From Octopus bimaculoides (lineage: Eukaryota): 64,000 nucleotides of DNA. The position numbers and the translations under genes were made by a program. Below the pieces are notes generated by a model. The model worked only from the letters and a program-made list of their open reading frames with translations, was not told the DNA's origin and did not search any database. The stretch is taken from the NCBI RefSeq assembly GCF_001194135.2, contig NC_069003.1, positions 22,640,142 through 22,704,141 on the forward strand, in the 5' to 3' direction. Numbering within the stretch: the first letter of the stretch is position 1; each line of letters opens with the position of its first letter. Positions 14,601-29,600 of this stretch are shown one piece after another.

Positions 14601-17600
14601 ATCTCTACCAGATTCTTGATAAAACGGTAATGAACAGCATGCATAGAAAATGAAGATGAAGTAGTAAAAATAGACAACTGATTATGTTACAGCTTTATAA
14701 TCAAGTATCTTTATGACTCCTTGTTAGCAGTGTCCCCCATAGCTGTTTTCTTTTGTTTTTAATTTCTCTTTTACTTGTTTCAGTCATTTGACTGCGGCCA
14801 TGCTGGAGCACCGCCTTTAGTCGAGAAAATCGACCCCAGGACTTATTCTTTGTAAGCCTAGTACTTATTCTATCGGTCTCTTTTTTCCGAACCGCTAAGT
14901 TATGGGGACATAAACACACCAGCATCGGTTGTCAAGCGATGGTGGAGGGACAAACACAGACACACAAACACACATACATATATATATACATATATACAAC
15001 AGGCTTCTTTCAGTTTCCGTCTACCAAATCCACTTACAAGGCTTTGGTCGGCCCGAGGCTATAGTAGAAGACACTTGCCCAAGGTGCCACGCAGTGGGAC
15101 TGAACCCGGAACCATGTGGTTGGTAAGCAAGCTACTTACCACACAGCCACTCCTGCGCCTATGAATTGAAAAAAAAAAAACCCCAAAAATTATTAAAAAA
15201 TTTTTTTTTGTAATGGAACAAGTGTGTAATAAACCCAGCATTTCGCTTGCTAAATCAGAAGGACTAGACACTTTACTGCTGAGAAAATTATTTATGATAT
15301 TGAATTCTTCGAATGAAGAGTTTACTCTCATGCAGGCAATGAGAGTGATTTGGACAATCAAACTGGTGGAAGTGATGAGGAAAGTAGCAATTTGGATGAA
15401 CAAATATGCTAGTTGAGAGATTGGCCTATTATTGTTTTCTCCTGATTTTTTGTTTTGTGATTCTGTCCATGAGTTTGCCTGCAATTGTTACTCCTGAGCT
15501 GCATATGCAACTGTTTATTTTTTTGTTCAGGATCTCAAGTGGAGGGTAAAGTTAGATACAGGGGCCTAGGTCTGAGAGGGTTAAGAAGAAAATAGATGAT
15601 GTTACCATGATAAACAAAAATGATCACATGACCTGAACTGACAGTGGAGGCCTAAATACCTAGAAACCATTTAAAATTTCTTTTAAATTCTTAACTAACC
15701 GAAATTATTGAGTACTACTTCTTTTTGTTTGTTCATTGAACCATGTATACATGGCTTACTTTATACATATTTGTAATGTTTGTGTCCCATTAACTAGTTA
15801 TGGTTGTGCATGTGTGTGTGTGTGTATGTAATGTATTCTGTAACATATGTATTATGTTTGTCTCTTTGCTTTAGGCAAGTGTGTGTGTATGTGTCTATGC
15901 ACTTACAGTGAGTAAATGAAGAGTTTGGAAAAGTAGTTGTCAATTTTTGAGACATGTATACGAAATTATTTAATTTTATTCCTTTGTGTTCATCCTGGAA
16001 TGTCTGTCCTGCTTGCCTGTATGTGTGACTGCATGTTTTATGCTTTCAATATGCTTCTTCAGTACAATGCGTGTAACTTTAACTGTTTTTGTGAGAAAGA
16101 TTCTTTTTGTCTCATGTGTATGTATGAGAGAAACAAAACAGACGGATAGAAACGGAAATAGAGTATGTATCCTATTCTTCTCTACTACAACCACAGAGAA
16201 TGCACATGTGTTGTTCTCTCAAGCCTCTTGTTGCTTCTGCTGCTATCCAATATAGCTTCTTCAACTGCTGGGAATTGGTAGCTGTCAGAAGTCAGTTTTT
16301 TTTTTCACTGCCAATTCTGCTTCATTGAGTTTAGCAAATCTTCTACAAGTGCTGCTTGTACTTTCCTGCTTGAAACAACCTACATACTTGTTCCTTCTCT
16401 GCCCCAGTAGTGAATAAACACACACATGCACCTACTGCCACGCCCATTTCTCATATTTTCAGTATTCTGAGAATGTTTTCTATGTTACTTAAACACCTTA
16501 ACTTTGAATTATCTATTCTCTTACCTATATTTACCTGGAATGGACTGAACTACTCTTCCCAGTTGTAGTCGAATTTATAGGTTTGGCTTTATTTTTTATC
16601 ATTTCTGTTTGTCTCTTGGTTTCCTATGAATGTTCTTAAATTATATTTTTACTAAAACAAAAGCAAAGAAAATCCTTAGATTTCATTTAAACTGGTAGTA
16701 GTAGTTAAACCAAAGAGTATGTTATGTGGTTGTTTGATCTGCAAGAAAAAGCAGCCAAATTTCCTTCAAATCACACCCTGCTGTCATGAAATTTAGTTTG
16801 TTAATTATGTTATGTCACTGCCCCTAAAGCCTAATGACATGCCCAGCACCCTGCTTGGTGGTGATACTGCCCACATTGAGAACTTCTGATCTAAAGTTTG
16901 TATAGTATACTGAAAAGCCTAACACTTGAAGGAAATTTGTATGAACTAAAAGTAACAGGGAAGTTAAAATTCTTTACATTCTGATCATGAGATATCTTGT
17001 GGAAACTAAAAGTATATAATAATATTTTAGGCATAAAGGTTAGCATGAAAAATTACCTTTGCTATTTCTTTGTAAGTGAACCACATAAGTACAAAGCTTA
17101 AAAAAGCTTCCTTGCATATTTGCATGAAATTGCTAATACTTCTCATTCTGTATTATAGGGACTTTGTTTTATATTTCTGGATTGTGTTATGGGTGTATAA
17201 ACTATATTTGTTTACCTGTCTATATGCTTCCCACAATTTTTTTTTTATATATATCTATAGTAAGAAGCTTGTTTTGTACTCATCAGGTTTGGTGATCAAT
17301 CTCACTGCATGTTACCTTGCAAAGTATCTCTGACCAAAATTTTAGGAGTGAAATTGTGCAGAAGCCCACTGGATGTATGTGCATAAATATATATATATGC
17401 ATGTGTGTGTTTGTGTTTGTACATGCATGCTTGCCAGGAAAGCCCTGCGGTTTTGAGAAATGCGCAGCCTGAGTCAAAGAAACAGGTCCATAAGGCTCCT
17501 TTGGTGTGGCAATGGCAGCATTCAATAGCATGGATATCTGCAATTTTATATGATTATTTATATTAAGCACCCTAAGAAATACCCACCGATACACTTTGGG

Positions 17601-19669
17601 CCTGTATAGCAATGGCATATCATCCATCTCTCATACTCGAATGGGTATATTCTGGACAAGTTTAGGAAGGACCTGATCCACACTCATAACTTCTAGGACT
17701 TAAGGTTATCATAGAGACCAACCATACCATAGTAAATTTCTTAGACACAATGCCTAATTTGGGCAACAGATCATACACACCCAAATGCAAACCTAATGAA
17801 AGGCTGTCATACATCAACACAACCTCCTGCCATCCATCTGTAGTCTTTAAAAACCTCATTAAGAGTGTCAGAAAGAGGATATCAGACATGTCCTTCAAGG
17901 ATTTTTTTGATACAGTGGCACTTTATTACAATGAGGCTGTAACAACCAGTGGATTTAAGGACTGCATCACCTATACACTGGCCCTAACATCCACAAGAGG
18001 AAGTGCTCCTGTAAAGTCCTCTTGTTTGTCCTGCCCTTCTCACTCTGTGTAGGAAGAGCCTACATTAGGTTAGTGGATAAGCATTTTACACAGTCTCATA
18101 AGTATAGAAGATTATGCTATAGGTATAACTTCAGAGTTTCGTTCAGTTGTGCACCTAATATCAAAAAGATATTAGTGAATGCCCCAAATCCACACAGAAG
18201 CAAGATGCTTATGTAAGGTCTGCAGTAAGTGCTTAGTGACATATCAGTGCAACATTGAGAATGGTCTGCAGAGAAGAGGTGGTATTGTCCAACAGCAACA
18301 ACAATGGTGGGACATGCACACAGAAATATTTTGGGACAATGGAGGTCCCCTTTAAGGCAAGGTTAAATAATCACAGGTCTTCTTTTAAAATCCAAGTGAG
18401 GCACAATGTTATAGCATTAGCTGGCTATATATTGTGACTAAAAGAGTAGGGAACATGATAAATAATTGACTGAAAACTGCTGGAACAACCTGGGCATACC
18501 TGAACAGAAATAGGCAGTGCAAGCTTTGTATATTCTGTATATTCACCTCAAGCATTAACCATTTTGATACCAAACCACCTGAATCTGCCCTGGTTCCAAG
18601 ACACAAACTTGCTGTTTTAAAGTGATTTATATTATAACTTCTCATCAAAATTTCATGTCAAATTATGTTCCAAACACCAGTTTAATATTGATAAGGTTAT
18701 ATGATTAAATTCTTCATTATTTTCAAAATTAATTGAAACAAAAGCAGTATAGTTTGAAAGAAATATAATAATGAAAGAGTTAAAGAGGTTGTGTACTTTC
18801 AGCTAACTTCTCTGAAGGGTTGTCAATATTGCCAAGTGCAATAGTGAACATGAAACCAATGGTAACTTTCTGATAGGTTTTATGTCATAACTAGGAATAC
18901 ACTTCTTAACAATATAAAAGTGCGTGTGAGGGGGGGGGGGTGAGTGCATGTGTGTGTATGCACAGATACAGGCAGAGTTTGGCTGAATCAGTTGAATGCA
19001 AACATCAATACCTTGTATATGGCTACATTCCCAGTTGATTTTACTATTCCTCTATCTGTGGTCAATACAATAAGTACTAAATAAAGAACTGGGGTTGATA
19101 TCATAGACTAAAATCCTTTGGAGATTGTGCCCCAGTATGGCTGCAGTCCAATTAATTTTTCTCAGTGTATAACAAAATGTTAAGTATTTTCATTAAGTAC
19201 CTCCACTTATAAGTTTATAAGTTGTTATTGTTTAGCTACTAAGAGGTGCGGATTGAACTGACGTATGATTGAAAGTGTTTCAGCTATGGCTATCTATATT
19301 TTTTTTAAAGGAGGGTTTAAGACTACATAAATGATGTAGTGTAAGGTAACAATTTTTAAAAATGATAGAATGTAAATTAATAAAGATTTGGCTGCTATTC
19401 AAGCAAATCAAGGTAACCAGTAGCCATGTAAAAGCTCTCTTGTAAAAGCTCTCTTGTAAAAGCTCTCTTGTAAAAGCTCTCTTGTAAAAGCTCTCTTGAA
19501 ATTTCAACATTTACATGTATTAAGGTGCCAAGCTGGCAGAATCATTAGCACACCAGGCAGAATGCTCTGTGGCATTTTATCTGTCTTTACATTCTGAGTT
19601 TCAAATTCCTCTGAGGTTGACTTTGCTTTTCATTCTTTCAGAGTTGATAAAATAAGTACCAGATGAGCT

Positions 19670-19710
<41 letters not shown>

Positions 19711-22700
19711 TATTGCATAGTGTTGTCCCAGATATACAATGCCTAAAATAAAATCCAGAGTTACCATGGTTGGAATATTCTTGATCATAGATCTGTTTTG
19801 TCAGGAGTGACTTTGGGCTAAAATAATACCTCCTCTTCTACAGCAGAATGTTCTAAAACTTGTCAGTATACCTTTCTGTCATTATATCAGGCATAGCTGT
19901 GTAGTTAAAAAGTTTGCTTCCTAACTACATGGTTTCAAGTTCAGTCCCATTGTGTGGTACCTTGGGAAAGTGTCTACTATAGTCCCAGTTCAATGAAAGC
20001 CTTGCGAGTGGATTTATTTGGCAGAATCTGAAAGAAAACCATCATATATGTGTGGAGTTTTGAGGTCTGTTTGTTGATGTACTTGTACAAAAGTGTGATG
20101 GCTGGTATTGTCAATTTTTTCTGTCAACAAATCATTGAGGCATGGTCTTCTTACTTGAAGCGAATGTAAGGGGTGAGTGTTAGTTAATTACATCAAACCC
20201 ATTACTTGATCGACTGGTTCTTTATTTCATCAACCCTTGTAGGAAAGACCTCAATGGTGTTTGAACTCCGGGCATAATGATCCAGAACAAATACCAGGCA
20301 TTTTTTTTCTTCAGATGTAATGATTCTGTCAGCTTGTCTAATAATAACAAATCACATCAGTAATAATAATAATAATTATAATAATAATAATAATAATAAT
20401 AATGATGATGATGATACAATTAAACAATGCAATATTTAAAAAAGGAATCAATTATATTGTTAATATGATTCATTTGCATCATAAATTGAAAATTCAAATG
20501 AATGAACCTTGTAGAATTAATGGAACAATTGGAGGAGAAAATATTTGTTGGTTCCAACACTATGTTTATCTACTTGAGCTATTAATTATCTAAAGATAAT
20601 ATTAAACCTACTAAAGGAATTTATGAAATTTCATGCAAGGGGTGGGTGGGTGGAAACAAACAAAAATCATTAGGATCAATAACAGTAACACAAACCATTA
20701 CTCAAATGCAAAAATAAATATTGTTTATGCAATAATGTGTGAATGGTAACACTGATGAGAATGAAACTTCAACCAATACAAAAATAGGTGTAAAAAAATA
20801 TATATATATATATATTTCAAGAATGATTCACTTTTAATGGGCACCTTCAAGGACGTTCTTGGCTTCATGGTTAGGGTGTTTGACTCCTGATTTTAAGATG
20901 GTGGTTTTGACTCCTGGACTGGGCAACACATCATGTTCTTGAGCAAAGCACTTTGTTTCACTTTGCTTCATTACACTCAGCTGGCAAAGATGAGTAATCC
21001 ATTGACAGACTGGTATCCTGTCCAAGGAATATTATATGTGCCAGGAAACTGAGAAACTTGCCTAATGAGTCTATATGATTCCTATTGGAGGTTACACTTT
21101 CCTGTAATTTCTGGCAGACTAATATTCTTTGCATTATCAAAACAATTACTGTATTTTAATGTGTATAAGGAACCCCCTAATTTTGGGGGCTTAAAATTTG
21201 GTAAAAAGGTTTTGTAAGGGATTATAATGCTATCCATGTGTAAGAAACTTCCATATCTTTTAAATCTAATTTTTGACAAAGAAGGGTTCCTTATAGACAT
21301 TAAAATACAGTATTTTTCTTAGAGTAGAGAAATTCTTTTGTGTTCTGAAAGGATACTTATGTATACTCTACAAATAGCAACATCTCTCAAGTGCAAGCAT
21401 GTATAATCTACTTTTTTTTTTTGTATTTAGGTGTAGTTGTGGCTGTATGGTTGGAAGCTTTCTTCCCAACCACATTGTTCCAGGTTCAGTCCCATTGTGT
21501 GGCACCTTGGGCAAGTGTCTTTTATTATAGCTTCAGGCCAACCAAGGCCTTGAGAGTGGATTTAGTAGATGGAAACTGAAAGAAGACCATTGTATATATG
21601 TACGTGTGTGTGTCTGTTTGTTCCTCCCACCATCGCTTGACAACTGATGCTCATGTGTTTATCTCCCCATGACCTAGCAGTTTGGCAAAAGAGACCGATA
21701 GAATAAGTCCTGGAGTCAGTTTCTTTGACTAAAACCCTTTGAGGTGGTGCTCCAACATAGCTGAAGTCAAATGATTGAAACAAGTAAAAGAGTAAAAAAA
21801 TATCACATTTGGGATGAACAACAGCATTGTTGATTATAGATTTCTAATGAGCTAATCACTGGCTCATTACATTTCTGTTGATGAGTGTTGACAAGGAAGT
21901 ATCTGTAACAGTGCTAAATTTCACAGGTGGTCTTTTTGCCAATATTGAGAAATTTTGATCCTGATTGTTAATGTTTACTCTCAGATCAGTGGAGGCGCAA
22001 TAGCCCATTGGTTAGGGCAGCAGACTTGCAGTCATAGGATCGTGGTTTCGATTCCCAGATCAGGCGTTGTGAGTGTTTATTGAGCGAAAACACCTAAAGC
22101 TCCACGAGGCTCCGGCAGGGGATGGTGGCGAACCCTGCCGTACTCTTTCACCACAACTTTCTCTCATTCTTACTTCCTGTTTCTGTTGTGCCTGTAATTC
22201 AAAGGGTCAGCCTTGCCACACTGTGTCACGCTGAATATCCCCGAGAACTACGTTAAGGGTACACGTGTCTGTGGAGTGCTCAGCCACTTGCATGTTAATT
22301 TCACGAGCAGGCTGTTCCGTTGATCGGATCAACTGGAACCCTCGACGTCGTAAGCGATGGAGTGCCAACAACAAAACATCTCTCTGATCAATCCTGGGCA
22401 AGCAGATCTATAGTCAAAGCGATGATCATACTGTTACATTGTATACCTAGAATTACATTGTCTAACATAATATCCTTCCATCTTTAAAACAGGGTATGAT
22501 TTGAAAAACTTGCCTGATTAAGCATATCATGTAGAGACTACTTTATTGGCCTGGCTATTATGTTGTCATCATAATGAAGTTTGATGGCCATATTTTCTCC
22601 AGTTTGTGGTTGTCTCTGGGTGGTTGACTAAATCCATTGTTTGTTTTAACACTAACACCAGAGACTTAGATGTCTTTAGCTGAGTCCACTATGTTACAAG

Positions 22701-23575
22701 CATTCAAGCTAGGACTTTGTTTAATGATCCCTTTCTCCCTCCCACAATTTTGGAGTCCCTGAAAGGGATCATGAATACTGCCCTTCTTGATTAAACAATT
22801 AAACAGGAAGAAAGAAAAAAACCCACAAAAACAGAAAGTGTGACTAAAACATAATATATTATCTAATGAAGGTTTCTCAAAGATTTAATTTTGTGGAACA
22901 TATTTTGGTGACAAAAACAAACTAAATGAAACTGTAGGTTTTCCTGCTTGGAATCATGTACACTTGACTGTGCAAACTCTCTCTTTCATATACATACAAA
23001 GTTAATCACATCTCTAACGTGACTACATTTGTAATAACTTGGCAGACCAACTTGACCTATGCAGGAAAAAAAAAAACAGGAGATATTTAACATGATGATA
23101 ATGATGATGAAGGGGTTCTTTAGAAATTATATAATGAAGTTAATATCATTATATTACAATTAACAGCTAATTAACCAACAAACACTTATTCTTAACACTC
23201 ATTAATAAGAAGTATTGGCATGCTAAAATTAGCTGTCATTAACAAATCATGTAACCTTTAGAAAATCATGTTTGCCTTTAACTATACAACTTGAATCTGA
23301 ACACTTTTTCTCCTTTCAGTAAAGAATGTTGTGTGAGTTCTCTCTAACTACTGTGACAATCAATATAAGTATTATTTGCTATTATTCTGGATTGGTAAAG
23401 AACATCTCTAGTACTTAACAGGTCTTTTATTGCTTCATTGAAATAATCAGTATACTAACTAAGTTCCTACCATTTAACGAGACTAAACATTACCTTTGTG
23501 CTCATTACTACAAAACCATTAATCAAAAGAAGCTCTTGTGGTCTCTCTCTGTCTCTCTCTCTGTCTCTCTGTCTC

Positions 23576-23631
<56 letters not shown>

Positions 23632-26600
23632 CCTCTCTGAAAAAGTTAATAGCAGTGTCTATTACTCTGCCTTTATATTTTAGATGTTGATCAGGTGGTG
23701 GTGGAGAGAGATTTAGCAATGGAATTTAAAAGTTTATTGAAAAAGTATTAAAAAGGGAGTTGGGATGGGGTGGGGAAGAAGTCACACGAAACAGAATTTT
23801 CTGGCACGTCTATGTGGTATGTAGCTTACTTACCCACCACATGATTCTGGGTTCAGTCCCACTGCGTAACACCTTGGGCAAGTGTCTTCTACTATAGCTT
23901 CGGGCCAACCAAAACCTTGTGAGTGGATTTGGTGGATGGAAACTGAAAGAAGCCTGTCATATGTGTGTGTGTGTGTATGCATGTTCCCCACCATCGCTTG
24001 ACGACTGATGTTGGTGTGTTTATGTTCCCATAGCTTAGTGGTTCGGCAAAAGAGACCGATAGGAATAAGTACTAGGCCTACAAAGAATAAGTCCTGGGGT
24101 TGATTTGTTTGAGTAAAGGCAGAGCTCCAGCATGGCTGCAGTCAAATGACTGAAACAAATAAAGAATAATTAGTTTTAAATTACTGTATATCTGAAACAT
24201 TTAATTCCACATATATTTTCACTCGTTCATTATTTATTTATTCTTGTTTCCTTTTCTGTCATTGGTTTGACCTTGAAGAAGTAGGGAACATACCTCATGG
24301 CCTTTGTAGCTTCTCCAAGAGATTGATGTAGTTTCTAGGTTAAGTTGCAAATCTACTTCAGTTGTTGCAAGTTTCAAATATCAATTTGATAATAATAATA
24401 ATGATGTGTGTGTGTTCTTTCCCAATGTTCAACATTGATGTTAAGAGGTTGATACCTCAGTTGACAATGATTTGAGCATTGAACAAACAAGGTTAACATT
24501 TACGACCTGATGGAAATAGCATTCCCTCATGTCATACCCCACTATCTTTAAAAAAATCACATTTTATAATGAAGCCTTAGATATAGTGGAGGCGCAATGA
24601 CCCAGTGGTTAGGGCAGCGGACTCGTGGTCATAGGATCGCGGTTTCGATTCCCAGACCAGGCGTTGTGAGTGTTTATTGAGTGAAAACACCTAAAGCTCC
24701 ACGAGGCTCCGGCAGGGGATGGTGGCGAACCCTGCTGTACTCTTTCACCACAACTTTCTCTCACTCTTACTTCCTGTTTCTGTTGTGCCTGTAATTCAAA
24801 AGGGTCATCCTTGTCACTCTGTGTCACGCTGAATATCCCCGAGAACTACGTTAAGGGTACACGTGTCTGTGGAATTCTCAGCTACTTGCACGTTAATTTC
24901 ACGAGCAGGCTGTTCCGTTGATCGGATCAACTGGAACCCTCGACGTCGTAAGCGATGGAGTGCCAACAAAAAAGATACAGTGGCTTGGAAAAAAAATAGA
25001 AAAAAAATGAAATGGTCATGGCTGGAATGCTCTTGTTCATAGGTTTGTTCTGTCAGGGTTGATCTGGGCCTAAACAACAAGATTTAACATTAAAAAAAAT
25101 TCTTTATTTAGCATTTTCAATTTATTTGTTATCAGAGTATATCGACTTTTTCTACAAGTGACACAAATTTGGGGTAAATTTTATGAACATCTGACTTTAA
25201 AATTATAGTTATAAATTACAGAGATGTACTTGCATAGCAGGTATTTTGATCTGCGATTGTGTGTTTCTGAATGGTTGTCTTGTGTCTGCCATGCTGCAAT
25301 CGCTTTCGTTTCAACACACAAAGTCTGTTAACTTCTCTTCAATATTTATTTGCAATATGGTGTCAAAATTTGTGGTGCTTGAAAATGCATCCTGTTCACT
25401 GACAAAAAAATTGTGTTGCATTGAAAAGTTTTGATACCATGATACCACTTAGGATATTTCTTTCACTGTTGTTTTTTTGTTTTTGTTGGTATGGCTGTGT
25501 GGTAAGAAGTTTGTTTCTCACACACATGGTTCCAGATTCAGTCCTGCTGTGTGGCACCTTGGGTGGCAAGTGTCTTCTACTATAGCCTTGGGCCAACCAA
25601 AGCCTTGTGAATAAATTTGGTAGAGAAAAACTGAAGGAAGCCTGTTATTTATATATATGCGCTTGCACCCCACCACTCCTTGACAGTCAGTGTTGGTGTG
25701 TTTATGTTCCTGTAACTTAGCAGTTTGGCAAAAGAGACCAATAAAATAAGTACGGGACCTAAACAAAACAGAATATGTACTGGGGTCAATTCACTAGATT
25801 ACAATTCTTCAAAGTGATGCCCTAGCATGGCTGCAGTCTAATGACTGAAACAAGTAAAAGAAAAAAAGAAAAATAGATTAGTGATTCTGGTGGGGTGCTT
25901 GTAGGTGGTCAGTTATCGATGGTTTTTGGTATCTAGCTGTGGTTTATATATTCCTTCTTTCTCTTCTTCATTCTCTCTTCTTTCAAGAAGAGTACATGGC
26001 GAGTTGGGCAATGATTTCAAGAAGTAGCTTTCTGGACAGGACAAGTTTGAGTAGTAGTAGGAGTAATAGTAGGAGCAGTGGTTATTATTGTTGTATTAGT
26101 AATTAATAATCCTAATAGTAGTTGTGGTGGTAGCAGAAGCTGCAGGAGGAGTGGTAGTAGGAGTGGTGATAGTAGTTGTAGTGGTAGCAGCAGCAGACTG
26201 ACAAGTCTTCTGTCTCTTCAATATGTCTATTAGCACAACATTCTATTCCCCTAAGAGGAATCAGTTAGGAATCAACGATTGTAATCTCCATGGAAAATGA
26301 AGTAAGCTTAGGTTTTCTAAGAAGCAAAAAAATAATACTTTGCAGACAATTAACTTTTAACTTCTGTGGTTAGTTTCTTCTTCCTTCTCCAAATATCAAA
26401 TTTGCAGCTCCAATAAGAAGTGAAACAAAACTAAACAATGTTAATTCTCTAAATGAAGTATTAACAGTAACTGCACGATAAAGTGTAGTATATTGCCACT
26501 TAAGTGTGGCTGACCCCTAGGGGTGGATGTTACTGTTGCTTTTAGCCCCAGGAGGACATCTCCTCCAGCTGGCTTATCGACACACGACTGTGTCCTGTTT

Positions 26601-29600
26601 GCCAAGGGAAGTTATCCCTCTCACCTCAATCTGCAGCACGAACGTATCCGGATTTCAGGGTTATTTCCCTTCGTCGGCGTCCGATAGCTGCTGACCTTGG
26701 TGAGAGAGACAAAAACCTGGCAATCTTATATCTTCTTTTCCAGTGAAATTCTTCACTGATATCATTCAAAGATAAAAAATAAAATAAACTTTCATATTTG
26801 GCAACTTTTAACTTTCAGTTTTCATATTAGTAATTATTGTGATATTGACAAAAATAGAGATGGCTAATACAGTGTTGTGGTGGCACATGGCTTAATGGTT
26901 AGGGGGTTGGACTCATGAATGTAAGATTGTGGTTTTGCTTCCTGGACCGGGCAATGCATTGTTTTCTTGAGCAAAACACTTCATTTCATGTTACTCCAGT
27001 TCACTCAGTTGGTAAAAAGAGTAATCTTGTGAAGGATCGGTGTCCTGTCCAGGGAGGAATATATATGCCAGAGAAACTAGGAAACTGGCCATATTCTCCT
27101 TACAGAGTAATGTGGACTAATCAGTGTTCATAACATTAGTAAAATGTTAGAGAGGAGAAAGGAGAGAAAGAAAGAAGAAAATAGGGGTTGGGAAAATGAG
27201 GAGGGGTATGAGGAATTAGGTGGAAGTAGGGGAAGCAAAATAAAAATAAAATAAAAAATATATAAATGGCACCTTGGGCAAGTGTCTTTTACTATTACCT
27301 TGGGCTGACCAAAGCCTTTTGAGTGGATTTGATAGACAGAAACTGAAAGAAGCTTGTCATGTATATATATGTGTTTGTGTGTGAATGTCTTTGTGTCTCT
27401 GGGTTTGTCGCCCCACCATTGCTTGACAATTGATGTTGGTGTGTTTACGTTCCCCATAATTTAACGGTTCGGTAAAAGAGACCAATAGAACAAGTGCTAG
27501 GCTTACAAAGGTGGTGCTCCAGCATGGCTGCAGTCAAATGACTGAAACAAGTAAAAGAGTAAAATATAAATAAATATGAAATAAATTAAAAATTGAAAAG
27601 AATAAAAAAATAAGTAAATAAAAAATGGAATAAAATAACATGTTAAAAAATGAAATTAGAAATTAAAAAAATAATAGCTAATAAAAAGAATAGAACAATA
27701 TGTTAACCAAATATAGTTGAAAATATGGTTGGGTTAGAGGTAAGTAAATGAAATAATGTTTTTATTTTTTTCCTCTTTGTGTAGATGTATACATATATGC
27801 ACAAGCATGCATACATACACCCTCTCCCATAGATAAATATATAAATAAAATGAAAAATAATTGTGTAAAAGAGGAGATAGATTGAGGGAAGAGGAAAGGA
27901 GACTAAAAAGGAGTACATTATTGCTGAAGATGACTAGGAAACAAAGTGTTGATACCAAAATAGAAGCCACATTTATTAGGAGTTAGCTATTTTAGATTTC
28001 AAAACCCCTTTCTCTTTCTATTCTCCAAATTTGTTTCAGTTTTACATCTGACCCCTCATCCAATACTGGTGCCAGATAAAAAGACCGACATTACCAACTT
28101 TATTGTCATAATTTGCCAACAATGTTTAATTCTGTTGATATGTTGTTTTGGTATTGTTTCAATAATGTCAGTGTTGTCTTGCTACTTTGATGTTGGTCAG
28201 TATTGTAGGTGTTGTTCCAATACTGTTGATGTTCCAATACTGTTGATGTTCCAATACTATTGATATTGATCAATATTCTAGTAGTTGTCGCATTGTTGTT
28301 TCAATATTGTTGATGTTCTTTTAGTAATGCTGTCATTATTATCATCATCACTGTCATCATTATCTTTGGAATTATCAATTGATGATGTTTCATTGTTGAG
28401 ATTGTTTCAGCACTGTTCCTATCCTTGTCATCATTAAATTTCCTTCTGTAGTTTTTGTTATTGACTTTTTTTGTCTTTTCTTTTCCACCTTCTGGACAAA
28501 GAGCAACCTAAGAAATTCAATGCAAGCATTTCAAGTGTTTCAAAAATTTACAGAACTTAAAATATAACTGAAAGAATAAGAAACTGAATATCATTGTGAA
28601 AACTGAAACTGTTATAATTAAATACCAATTGAAAATGGAATTGGGGAGTAAATATTTGTGTTGGAAATTGAAGTCTTTGAGAACATTTCATATTTCTCCC
28701 ATCAGCATTGCTTTTGAAGACTTTTCTTATATTCTACATAACACTTAACTCAACTGACACCAAAGATTCTTGTGTTACTTTTGTTTGTTTCCAATTACTG
28801 TCTTTATATATACCTATACATAGATACCTCATTATCATCATCATCTTCATCAATTAATGTTCGTTTTCCATGTTGGCATGGGATGGACAGCATATGTACA
28901 TATCAGAAATGCATGTTACTTCTGCTAGAATGTGGAATGAAGCTGCAGAATATTCTTGATTGCACTACTATGAGATTGGCTATTTCTTTATTGTTCCTTT
29001 TTTTTTATTTTTAACCTTTGAACACTAATTTGTTGCTCTTAACTTACTCTTATATTTTCATTGGCTAAAAAAATTCTTATTTTGATTATGCACTTTAGTG
29101 AGTTGTGAATGTAACAAAAATTAAAAAGAAGAAATAAAAAGCTTTATATTAAATTCAATTGCTAGCCTTGCATGCAAAATTTAGTAATAACTGACCCTTT
29201 TTTCTTTCTGACCCATTATTATTTTCTTTCTTGTGCTTAAAAATGTAGCTGCCACTTGGGATGATCAGACGTACTAGTCTCCCCATAACAATCAGGTGCG
29301 TAATAATAAAACTATCGCTTCTTTTATATGTATATATGTATATATATATATACACACACACAACCCCTTATACCAATCCTCCGATTCAGTTTGCTTCATC
29401 TATTATTGCATGTAAATGCTTGCAACATTTCATGCAACATTTGGCTTATGCATCGAATCCTACCTAACCCTAACCCTCACCTGCTCCAAGTTATTCTGCC
29501 TGCTTCTCTGACAATTGTTACAAATAATAATAATAATAATCAAAGAATTCTGAGATCAGATTTAATTTAATCAGTGGAATAGTAATTCCTCTGCTACACT

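Noticed and set aside
15190-15480. Acidic piggyBac-like transposase N-terminus
   Set aside because: Only a short broken acidic stretch with no catalytic motifs or clear TIR; too weak to call.
13240-18650. Two Penelope pieces as one 5'-inverted insertion
   Set aside because: Four candidate host exons lie between them, so independent insertions are more parsimonious.
21989-22065. tRNA gene (also the heads at 24586 and 4582)
   Set aside because: tRNA-like head fused to a ~300-bp SINE body with TSDs; no proper acceptor stem.
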